A stretch of 64,000 bases of DNA from Candidatus Poribacteria bacterium (GTDB taxonomy: Bacteria; Poribacteria; WGA-4E; WGA-3G). Positions within the stretch are counted from its first letter, which is position 1, and every line of letters begins with the position of its first letter. Below the pieces are notes generated by a model. It had not been told where the DNA came from. It was given only the letters and a program-made list of their open reading frames with translations, and made no database searches. The stretch lies in contig OZ242029.1 in assembly GCA_965205015.1 (NCBI GenBank), forward strand, positions 5,120,001 to 5,184,000, read 5' to 3'. Positions 29,701-39,771 of the stretch are shown here, piece after piece. Made by a program: the position numbers and the translations under genes.

Positions 29701-32700
29701 GAAAAGATAAGACTCTCGATTACGAGATTGAAACTAAACGCATCAACCCAGTCCGCGCACGAATCATCGGACTTGAAAAGATAAGACTCTCGATTACGAG
29801 ATTGAAACATGATAGTTCATCGTATTCCTCGTTTGAGGTGTGCGCGCTTGAAAAGATAAGACTCTCGATTACGAGATTGAAACATTTGTAAATGTCAAGT
29901 CACCTGATGCGCTTACAGCTTGAAAAGATAAGACTCTCGATTACGAGATTGAAACCTGTGTCAAGGCGTTTGTCGTGGCATTATAGCGATATACTTGAAA
30001 AGATAAGACTCTCGATTACGAGATTGAAACAAGTTAGACGACCCCGAAATGAGTCAATTTGAGTTTGACTTGAAAAGATAAGACTCTCGATTACGAGATT
30101 GAAACTATCGAATCGTATCACCAGAGCGCACCTCTGCAAACGCTTGAAAAGATAAGACTCTCGATTACGAGATTGAAACAGAACTTGATCTTGTGAGTCG
30201 CCGTGTTGTTCTGTTAAAACTTGAAAAGATAAGACTCTCGATTACGAGATTGAAACACACTATTTAAATCGTGTGGCGGGGATCAATCACCTACGCTTGA
30301 AAAGATAAGACTCTCGATTACGAGATTGAAACTGTCATACCACGAACAAGTAACCCCTCAGAGAAATCCTTGAAAAGATAAGACTCTCGATTACGAGATT
30401 GAAACTTGGGAGGGGTTCAAACGGCTACGGAAGGATATGGAAGCTTGAAAAGATAAGACTCTCGATTACGAGATTGAAACCTCGCGTAGCGCTGGACAGA
30501 GCATCGAAGGGACACTCTTGAAAAGATAAGACTCTCGATTACGAGATTGAAACACTCTAAGTCGACATTCGACTCTATGTTCGGAGCACGCTTGAAAAGA
30601 TAAGACTCTCGATTACGAGATTGAAACCATCGGGTTGTTGTAATGGTCAATACCGACCATGCGGCTTGAAAAGATAAGACTCTCGATTACGAGATTGAAA
30701 CCCACCTGTTCTCCCAAGCCATTCCAAAGCCTCTCCTTGAAAAGATAAGACTCTCGATTACGAGATTGAAACAACTGTTAAACCGGGTGAACCCCTGCAC
30801 TTTCGGAGGTCACTTGAAAAGATAAGACTCTCGATTACGAGATTGAAACATTTCTTATCCCAAACTCTTAGGGAGATGGAGAAAACAACTTGAAAAGATA
30901 AGACTCTCGATTACGAGATTGAAACATAGATACAGACGACACGGAGATTCCTGTATTCGTCCTTGAAAAGATAAGACTCTCGATTACGAGATTGAAACTA
31001 TGAAGATGTGCCGCCAGAGCGGGCCCGTCCCGACACGGCTTGAAAAGATAAGACTCTCGATTACGAGATTGAAACGTATCAGCTGAGGAGTGGAACGAGG
31101 TGCGAGCTTCGCTTGAAAAGATAAGACTCTCGATTACGAGATTGAAACATGCGCAATAACGGCTGGATCGGGCATCTGGTGGAATACTTGAAAAGATAAG
31201 ACTCTCGATTACGAGATTGAAACCGGTTGTGCCTTCAACACCACGTGCTTCTCTATCCGCGGCTTGAAAAGATAAGACTCTCGATTACGAGATTGAAACT
31301 GGACAGAAATCGAACTGCACCGACTTCGCAAGGGGCTGAACTTGAAAAGATAAGACTCTCGATTACGAGATTGAAACCATGAGTGTCAACAGTTGAAAAT
31401 AGACGAAATACAGAAGCTTGAAAAGATAAGACTCTCGATTACGAGATTGAAACTTTGAGTGTGGGCCCAGAGAATCTTACAAACGAAACACACTTGAAAA
31501 GATAAGACTCTCGATTACGAGATTGAAACGAGACAGTGATGCTGGTTGCTCATAAATACAATAACGTCTTGAAAAGATAAGACTCTCGATTACGAGATTG
31601 AAACACCGCATCCGCACTCCACCAGTTAGGTGAGAGTTTTCTTGAAAAGATAAGACTCTCGATTACGAGATTGAAACTCGGCGAAGATGGCTCCAAGCGG
31701 TCGAGGTTCAATCACTTGAAAAGATAAGACTCTCGATTACGAGATTGAAACTAGAAATCAGGCAGACGGAGCGATGGTTTCTGTTCACTTGAAAAGATAA
31801 GACTCTCGATTACGAGATTGAAACCGGTAATTTTGTCGATACCCGACGGTGATGCGCGTCCCTTGAAAAGATAAGACTCTCGATTACGAGATTGAAACAA
31901 GGAGGCAAACGATGTATAGTTTCGTGGCACTGCTGCTTGAAAAGATAAGACTCTCGATTACGAGATTGAAACCGCCCAGTGAGTCCTCGACGGGAGTTGT
32001 GACGTGCAGGCTTGAAAAGATAAGACTCTCGATTACGAGATTGAAACTCAGTATCCCCAACCGTGTCTTTGAAGTCCGACATAGACTTGAAAAGATAAGA
32101 CTCTCGATTACGAGATTGAAACTTGCATCAAAGCGAGGCGTATATATTCCCTCGACATCATCCTTGAAAAGATAAGACTCTCGATTACGAGATTGAAACA
32201 ACGCTATATCCACGCGGGTCGCGGTTTCTCTTACGTAATGCTTGAAAAGATAAGACTCTCGATTACGAGATTGAAACTCTGGTCTATTGTGCTGGTAACC
32301 TGTGCTCTCATTTTCTTGAAAAGATAAGACTCTCGATTACGAGATTGAAACTGGTTGCCTTGCCATGTCAATCTCCTCCCAATCGCTTGCTTGAAAAGAT
32401 AAGACTCTCGATTACGAGATTGAAACCCGCTGGGGTCGGTCTATCACGACAACGAAACCGGCTACCTTGAAAAGATAAGACTCTCGATTACGAGATTGAA
32501 ACCCCGTCCTTTATCATCTTCAGGAAGGTGTGGTTAGTGTCTGCTTGAAAAGATAAGACTCTCGATTACGAGATTGAAACGGTACCACGTCTCACTTCAA
32601 AGACAAAGAGGGGATGCTTGAAAAGATAAGACTCTCGATTACGAGATTGAAACTACAACTACTATTTTTTCTTGGCAAAAAGCATAAAAAACTTGAAAAG

Positions 32701-34657
32701 ATAAGACTCTCGATTACGAGATTGAAACCGCTGTTACGAGAATCCCCATGTATTCGCCGCTTACCCTTGAAAAGATAAGACTCTCGATTACGAGATTGAA
32801 ACTCTATTTCTGTGAGTGTGGGCGTTACCGCTTGCGTGGGCCTTGAAAAGATAAGACTCTCGATTACGAGATTGAAACTCGTCCCCTTTTCGCCGGTGGT
32901 GTATACCCATAGCATTCAACTTGAAAAGATAAGACTCTCGATTACGAGATTGAAACTGATGAAAAGTATCACGAGATTTGCAACGAGTTAGCAAGCTTGA
33001 AAAGATAAGACTCTCGATTACGAGATTGAAACCGTGTGGCAACGCACCGAACACCGCCGTACCGAGCCGCTTGAAAAGATAAGACTCTCGATTACGAGAT
33101 TGAAACAACCATAATGCAGTTGTTTCTATCAAAGAGATCGGCGCTTGAAAAGATAAGACTCTCGATTACGAGATTGAAACTCCGCACACGATGTCAAGGG
33201 CTACCACGCTCGTCAACGCTTGAAAAGATAAGACTCTCGATTACGAGATTGAAACGATATTGAAGCCGAACCGAAGCAGATAAAAGTTTCCTTGAAAAGA
33301 TAAGACTCTCGATTACGAGATTGAAACTGCCTGAAAACGGATGCATATGCTTCGGATCGAACTTCACTTGAAAAGATAAGACTCTCGATTACGAGATTGA
33401 AACAGGCGAGTGACCGTGCCCGTGCTCGTGCGCCCAGTCCTGACTTGAAAAGATAAGACTCTCGATTACGAGATTGAAACTTTCGCTGTCATCGCATTCG
33501 TCACGCTGATAGGTTTCTTCTTGAAAAGATAAGACTCTCGATTACGAGATTGAAACTATGTAAAGACTGATATTCGTATCAATGGCATAGACACCTTGAA
33601 AAGATAAGACTCTCGATTACGAGATTGAAACTCGGAATCGCAGAGAAACATAAGTCGCCTGCCGAGCGCACCTTCCACTTGAAAAGATAAGACTCTCGAT
33701 TACGAGATTGAAACTTGACCGTAATCTTGAACCACACCGGCGTAGGTTGTAACTTGAAAAGATAAGACTCTCGATTACGAGATTGAAACTGTGTAGACGT
33801 GGAAGGACACCGTGAAAGGCGTGTTTCTTGAAAAGATAAGACTCTCGATTACGAGATTGAAACTTCTGATCGGAAATTCAGGGGTCGGGACGTTAACGCT
33901 TGAAAAGATAAGACTCTCGATTACGAGATTGAAACTTCTGTTTCTATTATCCTATCGTTGAGTTCTCGGATGCTTGAAAAGATAAGACTCTCGATTACGA
34001 GATTGAAACTGAATTTGGACAGCAAGCGGGGAGCGCTGTCTACTCACTTGAAAAGATAAGACTCTCGATTACGAGATTGAAACTGCCGATAATAGAATAC
34101 TCGCAGTTATAGCACAGCCAAAACTTGAAAAGATAAGACTCTCGATTACGAGATTGAAACGATGTGGGTCGTGTTCCGCATCTGACGAATATCGCAGGCT
34201 TGAAAAGATAAGACTCTCGATTACGAGATTGAAACATGCCTTCTTCCGTTCATTCAAAATCCGTGCAACAACTTGAAAAGATAAGACTCTCGATTACGAG
34301 ATTGAAACAAGGGGATGTTTGCTTGCACACCTCCAAACAGCGTGCTTGAAAAGATAAGACTCTCGATTACGAGATTGAAACCTGAAGCTCCAATTCTCGT
34401 TTCCCCGTATCCTCGACACTTGAAAAGATAAGACTCTCGATTACGAGATTGAAACTGCTCCATTCCGGGCGTGGACTGCCGTCGCTATATTCTTGAAAAG
34501 ATAAGACTCTCGATTACGAGATTGAAACCGAGCATCTGTCACGCCATACGGATCGCTACTTGTGGCTTGAAAAGATAAGACTCTCGATTACGAGATTGAA
34601 ACGCTGTATGACCCCGATGTGTGAGTCGTCTACGTCTGTGCTGGAAAAGATAAGACT
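26778..34657 (+). CRISPR. CRISPR array: ~105 complete 37-bp repeats CTTGAAAAGATAAGACTCTCGATTACGAGATTGAAAC plus a truncated terminal repeat; spacers ~34-46 bp
   Basis: Manual count; internal palindrome TCTCG-ATTA-CGAGA; last full repeat 34566-34602, partial CTGGAAAAGATAAGACT at 34641-34657. Confidence 0.98.
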
Positions 34658-34971
34658 GCAGTATCTTTCAAAAGCTTATATCACAACGCTCGAAGCACAT
34701 GGCGTTGAGATTTCGGTCGCACACCGAGGACGCCCTTGGGAGAACGGATATGCTGAGAGACTCATCCGCACGCTCAAGGAGGAAGAAGTTTACCTAAATG
34801 ACTATGAGGACATTCACGAAGTGAGAGTCCGCATTGGGCATTTTATCACACAGGTGTATCATCAGAAACGCCCGCATTCGGCGTTAGGGCATTTGACACC
34901 TATGGAATTCGAGCAACAAAACTTGGACCTAACTTTTCTAAATTGTGGTCTAAATAAATGTTGGCACTTCA
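34658..34971 (+). mobile_element. IS3-family transposase 3' fragment with probable right end
   Basis: QY.S..Y...L...G..IS....G.PWENGYAER..RTLKEE...Y..RPHSALG..TP.EFE; ends ...GGCACTTCA, consistent with a TG..CA terminus. Confidence 0.85.
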
Positions 34972-35042
34972 AGGATCGGATACTATCTGCGTTGACACAG
35001 CAAAAATTAAGTTTCACGTTTTAGATTTGAGAAAATTTCAAT

Positions 35043-35071
35043 TTGACAGAAAATGTTAAAAAATGTATACT
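35043..35071 (+). promoter_or_regulatory. Strong sigma70-like promoter
   Basis: TTGACA-N17-TATACT. Confidence 0.7.
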
Positions 35072-35102
35072 CTTCAGAACGAAAAAATACTGCCTGAAAA
35101 AA

Positions 35103-35129
35103 TGTAACCTCTTCCGTAAAAGATTCGTC
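35103..35129 (+). promoter_or_regulatory. ECF-sigma-type promoter
   Basis: TGTAAC-N17-CGTC matches the generic ECF -35 AAC / -10 CGT pattern. Confidence 0.45.
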
Positions 35130-35622
35130 TCTATATAGTTAGAGTAGGACTGCGGAATATACCGTCTCTCTGTTCAATTTGCGTCCGTCCTGAGAGAGAT
35201 GGGGTGAAACTCAACATTTTTCCATGGAGGTCTCGGTATCTATCAGAAGGTCACCAACGATGCGCATGAAGACTTATAGAGAACCAATCTGTCTGCACAC
35301 ACCCACCAATCTGCCTGCACACACCCACAGAAAACGCACATCCGTGCTGATCCGGGCATCCCGTCAGGATGCCGTTAAGCAAGACACGATTACCCCCCCC
35401 CACTCAATTTATGTAAAGTTGTTTTGCGTATTTATCTCATGAACTGCGTCCGCAGCGCTGCTGCTGTCGCGGTTTTTTTTCGCGCCCGCCTGCGCTGCGT
35501 TTCCACACGCTTGCCGCGCTGCGGGCTATTTTTGTTAAAGTGTCCCTTATAGCATATAGGGCTACACTACAGAATTCCACAGATTCTTAATAACTTTCAA
35601 AAAAAGGTATCAATTATAGAAG

Positions 35623-37005
35623 ATGAAATCAAAAATATTTAGATTCAGTCTCTTATCAATTTTCTGTGTATACGTTACCGCATCAGTCGCGTTTGCGCAC
35701 ACGTATCCTGACGGTTACCTCTTACGCACTATCGTCAACGACGGCAACACCATCGAGGTCAGAGTCGGGGACAACGCGAAGCTCACGGGACACGAAAATC
35801 CTGACGGTGCAGGTTGGCACCGTCATACGTACACGTACACAATTGTGCTGGATGGGAATACGATAGAGATTACGAACAGTAGAGTAGTAAACGCATCCGA
35901 CACTGAAACTGACGACCCTCCGCCGACAGACAACACTCCTGTCGACCCTCTGCCGACAGACACGAATACTGGCGACCCTCCGCCGACAGACAATAACCCT
36001 CAGATTCGTGATTCTAAGGTGGATCTTTATCACTGCCATAGTGGGGGCTGGCATTATCATAGAGGTGTAGCAAATGAGGAAGGATTTGCTGATAATCACG
36101 ATAATCACCATAATGATCATAGTAAGACTGGATATGAAGTCGATGACCAGATATGCAGGAACACAGAGAAACTCCCAGATGATAACACAGGCGGGACACG
36201 GGATTCCACAACAACATCCCCAACGAATACAGACCAACCCCCGCCGCCCACAACAACTCCAATAGTGGTGGTGGGCGGCGGTCCCCCTGCGGTAGAGGAG
36301 CGTGGCACCCTTGAAGGGACATCCAGTCCGCAACCGGGCGCACCTGTTGCGACAGGCAGCGCGCCCCAAGAAACGCAACCGGAGTCTCCGCTGATGCTAC
36401 CGATACGCGTGACGGAGTATATGGTCAGAGATTGGAGCCGAGGTGTGTGGGGAGGTAATCTTCCACAATGGATAGAACTCCAGAATCCCAACGCCGCGGC
36501 AGTGAATCTGAAAGGCTACACGTTCCAATATGCGACGCGCCGGTTCGCCAACTCCGACTATACAATCCACACACTTACACTCGCCTCAGCAGAAGACGAC
36601 ACGGACGGATTTGTAATCGCAGGCGGGGGTGTCGCGATTCTGGTAACACACCATGTCCCGTCGCGGAAGTTCTCCGGCATTAAAGCCTCACAGGTTTACG
36701 ATTTGGACATAGAAAATGTGCTGAAGCGTGGGTGGGTGCTGACGGATGCCGAGGGCAGAGAGGTTCACCGTATCGGTAAAGATGTCTTCAATGCGTTACG
36801 GAATCCGGTGGCACCGCCGCACCAAGAAGCAGCGCGTGTCTCTTATCATACTTATCCGAGTGAAGCACCGACAGAAGCGTATTACTATGGATATAATAGA
36901 GACATAGGATCTCCTGGCTTTTATGAACCGCTTGTCCCGAAAGCACCGAGTGCCATCAGAGCGAAGCGAGTCGGTACCTGGGCGGCTCTGAAGCGAAGTC
37001 CGTAA
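35623..37005 (+). CDS. Secreted His-rich, Pro/Thr-linker, lamin-tail-like domain protein with C-terminal TWAALK motif
   Basis: Signal peptide; HRHTY/HCH..WHYH/HDNHHNDH; 3 x 30-bp repeat; ITE.M..PQWIEL.N...VNL.G...GSPG LTD-like motifs. Confidence 0.7.
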   Translation: MKSKIFRFSLLSIFCVYVTASVAFAHTYPDGYLLRTIVNDGNTIEVRVGDNAKLTGHENPDGAGWHRHTYTYTIVLDGNTIEITNSRVVNASDTETDDPPPTDNTPVDPLPTDTNTGDPPPTDNNPQIRDSKVDLYHCHSGGWHYHRGVANEEGFADNHDNHHNDHSKTGYEVDDQICRNTEKLPDDNTGGTRDSTTTSPTNTDQPPPPTTTPIVVVGGGPPAVEERGTLEGTSSPQPGAPVATGSAPQETQPESPLMLPIRVTEYMVRDWSRGVWGGNLPQWIELQNPNAAAVNLKGYTFQYATRRFANSDYTIHTLTLASAEDDTDGFVIAGGGVAILVTHHVPSRKFSGIKASQVYDLDIENVLKRGWVLTDAEGREVHRIGKDVFNALRNPVAPPHQEAARVSYHTYPSEAPTEAYYYGYNRDIGSPGFYEPLVPKAPSAIRAKRVGTWAALKRSP

Positions 37006-37146
37006 AAAAGTCTTAGCATTTACGGCTTGGCTACGAAGATGCAGGAATACGTTTGATGGCAACGAGCGTTTTTAAACATCGTTTTTCTTTTTTTGTTTAA
37101 AACCATGAACCAGCGTGTCTGTTATTTCTCACATAGCCGCCAATTA

Positions 37147-37178
37147 GGAGCACGGAACTTGCGTTTCCGTGCTTTTTT
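37147..37178 (+). terminator. Rho-independent terminator
   Basis: AGCACGGAA-loop-TTCCGTGCT followed by a T-run. Confidence 0.65.
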
Positions 37179-37271
37179 GGTTAAGTTTCCCTTCATGAGG
37201 GACTTAACCCACTTTGCTGAAAATTGTAACGCTTTCTTCAACGAGGTATAGATCAATGCTGAGGTATACAG

Positions 37272-37522
37272 AGACAGATTTTGACTCTATCATTATTGTG
37301 CCCGATCGGCGTGTGCTTGATAGGCAGCTGCAGGACACCCTCAAGCAGATTGAAGGCGATAATTCAGAGAGCAACAAACGGTATAAGTTTGATGAGGTGT
37401 TTGATGCGATTTTACTGGATTTCGTCAATAGTAAGTTGGATCTCTATAAGAAATTATCACAACCCGAGATCAAGGCAGATCTCAAGCGTCACCTCTATCG
37501 GGCGTATCTGGATCAATCCTAA
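37272..37522 (+). pseudogene. Internally deleted HsdR relic
   Basis: FDSIIIVPDRRVLDRQLQDT (HsdR helicase motif Ia region) fused directly to the extreme C-terminal segment. Confidence 0.65.
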
Positions 37523-37648
37523 ATATCTGTAGGAGTTCCCTCCTACAGGAGAACTCAGTGCTCTCCTCCCCAATTAACTTTCCCTTGACTGTTTTTCCCA
37601 AATGCACTATGATTGTAAGCGTTTGTTATGGGATATATCTGTACTTAA

Positions 37649-38647
37649 ATGTCAGAAATAAGAAAAGGAGAGATCTTCGTGCAAGATATCCAAGAATTAA
37701 TTACACAGCAACCGTACACACGTCTCATCACACCCAAGCGGATTGTATGGGCAGTTCTCGGTGTGATCGTCTTAGGGTGCTTAGCGACGAGTTTCTATAC
37801 GGTGGAAGCGGACGAGATCGCGGTTGTGCTGATGTTCGGTAAATCCGTCCGACAAGCCGAGCCGGGACTCCATTTCAAGTTACCCCTCGGTATTGAGAGA
37901 GCCATTAACGTGCCTGTCCGAAAGGTTTTCAAAGAGGAATTCGGGTTTCGGACGCTGAGAGCCGGCGTTCGGACGCAGTATGATACCCGTGATTACGCCG
38001 ATGAGTCGTTGCTGCTGACGGGGGACTTGAGTATCGCCGATGTGGAATGGGTCGTTCAGTATAAAATCAAAGACCCGAAGATGTTCCTGTTCTCTGTCCG
38101 GAATCCGCAGCGGGCTTTGCGCGACCTTTCTGAAGCCGTCATGAGCCGGATCGTCGGTGATCGGACTGTCACCGAGGTGTTGACGGTCGGTCGTATTGAA
38201 ATCGCCGCGGAAGTTGAACAACATCTGCAGCAACTGCTGGATCTCTACCAGACGGGATTAGATGTGGCAACGGTAACTTTGCAGGACGTGAATCCGCCAG
38301 AAGCGGTGAAGTCTGCCTTTAACGCCGTTAACGAGGCGAAGCAGGAGAAAGAGCGCTTGATCAACGAGGCGTGGCGCGATTACAACCAATCCGTTCCGAA
38401 AGCCAACGGTGTGGCGGCGCAAAAAATTTCGGAGGCACAGGGTTACGCACTGAAACGGGTGAACGAAGCACAGGGTGATGCGGATCGGTTCAAGGCGATT
38501 CGCTCGGAGTATGAGAAGGCGAAGACGGTTACGCGTCGCCGACTCTATCTCGAGGCGATGCGAGAGGTGTTGCCGCAGGTGAAAGAGATTTATGTCATTG
38601 ACGGTAACGCCAATGCACCTATCCCACTTCTGCAACTCAAAGAATAA
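37649..38647 (+). CDS. hflK: FtsH protease modulator HflK
   Basis: SPFH domain, PGLHFKLP, LLTGD..ADVEWVVQY, VTRRRLYLEAM. Confidence 0.95.
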   Translation: MSEIRKGEIFVQDIQELITQQPYTRLITPKRIVWAVLGVIVLGCLATSFYTVEADEIAVVLMFGKSVRQAEPGLHFKLPLGIERAINVPVRKVFKEEFGFRTLRAGVRTQYDTRDYADESLLLTGDLSIADVEWVVQYKIKDPKMFLFSVRNPQRALRDLSEAVMSRIVGDRTVTEVLTVGRIEIAAEVEQHLQQLLDLYQTGLDVATVTLQDVNPPEAVKSAFNAVNEAKQEKERLINEAWRDYNQSVPKANGVAAQKISEAQGYALKRVNEAQGDADRFKAIRSEYEKAKTVTRRRLYLEAMREVLPQVKEIYVIDGNANAPIPLLQLKE

Positions 38648-38672
38648 GGCGTAGCACTTACGCAATCCCGCC

Positions 38673-38696
38673 GTAGGGGCGGTTTCCTAACCGCAC
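38673..38696 (+). repeat. GTAG REP-like palindrome (GTAGGGGCGGTTTCCTAACCGCAC)
   Basis: Inverted variant at ~44100-44122. Confidence 0.65.
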
Positions 38697-38803
38697 CGAA
38701 TTAGACGCTAAAACGCAGCCTGCAACAACGGAGCAGGCGGCTCGAACACGGAAAGCGTCAATTCATAAATCCCGTTACTTATCCGCAAGGTAAAATTAAA
38801 AAA

Positions 38804-39766
38804 ATGAAGTCAAAAATAGTTCTCATTCCCTTGATTGTTATTGCAGTTCTGGTGTTGCTGGTTGTGTCGGGTGTATTCTATACTGTCTATGAGGGTGAAC
38901 AGGTCGTAATTACCGAGTTCGGTCGTCCTGTGGGGCAACCGATCATCACTGCTGGGTTAAAAGTAAAAACACCGTTTATTCAGCAGGTGCACCGCTTTGA
39001 AAAGCGTGTGCTTGAATGGGACGGATCCCCTAACCAGATTCCGACAAAGGACAAGCGATTCATCTGGTTGGACACCACGGCGCGGTGGCGTATTAAAGAC
39101 GCGCTTAAGTTCTATCAAGCACTCGGAACGGAACAGTTTGCGCAATCGCGTTTGGATGACATTATCGATTCTGCGGCGCGTGATTTAGTGACAGCGCAAC
39201 TCCTGATTGAAGTCGTGCGGGATTCAAATCGGGTGTTAGCGCTCGATTTGGAAGTCCTTGAAGGAGAGGAGGGACAGACGGGTGAACCGTTGGAAGAGAT
39301 TCAGATTGGTAGGGAACAGATTACGCGCATGATCCTGGAGAAGGTGCAAGAGACCGTTCCGCAATTCGGCATTGAACTCGTCGATGTTCAGATAAAACGA
39401 ATTAACTATGTAGACGAGGTCCGCAAGAAAGTCTTTGACCAAATGATTTCGGAACGTCAACGGATCTCTGAGAAATACAAATCCGAGGGTGAAGGCGAAG
39501 CCGCTGACATCATGGGGCAGAAGCAGAAAGAGTTAGAACGGATCCAATCTGAGGCGTATAAGGAAGCCGAGCAGATAAAAGGCGACGCAGACGCGCAAGC
39601 CATCCAGATTTATGCCGAAGCACACGGTCAGGATCCGGAGTTTTTCGCTTTTATCCAAACGCTTGAAACCTATCGTCAGACGACCAACGAGAGCACGAAA
39701 CTCATCTTGACGACGGATAGCGACCTCTATCGGTATCTCAAAAGCAGCGAATCGCTTCGACGTTAA
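38804..39766 (+). CDS. hflC: FtsH protease modulator HflC
   Basis: SPFH domain, FGIELVDVQIKRINY, MISER, DPEFFAF; follows hflK. Confidence 0.95.
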   Translation: MKSKIVLIPLIVIAVLVLLVVSGVFYTVYEGEQVVITEFGRPVGQPIITAGLKVKTPFIQQVHRFEKRVLEWDGSPNQIPTKDKRFIWLDTTARWRIKDALKFYQALGTEQFAQSRLDDIIDSAARDLVTAQLLIEVVRDSNRVLALDLEVLEGEEGQTGEPLEEIQIGREQITRMILEKVQETVPQFGIELVDVQIKRINYVDEVRKKVFDQMISERQRISEKYKSEGEGEAADIMGQKQKELERIQSEAYKEAEQIKGDADAQAIQIYAEAHGQDPEFFAFIQTLETYRQTTNESTKLILTTDSDLYRYLKSSESLRR

Positions 39767-39771
39767 GCCTC

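Noticed and set aside
27621-34463. Many short ORFs containing FQSRNRESYLFK or LEKIRLSITRLK
   Set aside because: Translations of CRISPR repeats.
26778-34657. Self-targeting spacers within this window
   Set aside because: None noticed by eye; this cannot be excluded without an alignment.
34560-35024. 154-aa ORF as a real gene
   Set aside because: Chance read-through from CRISPR repeat/spacer into the IS3 fragment.
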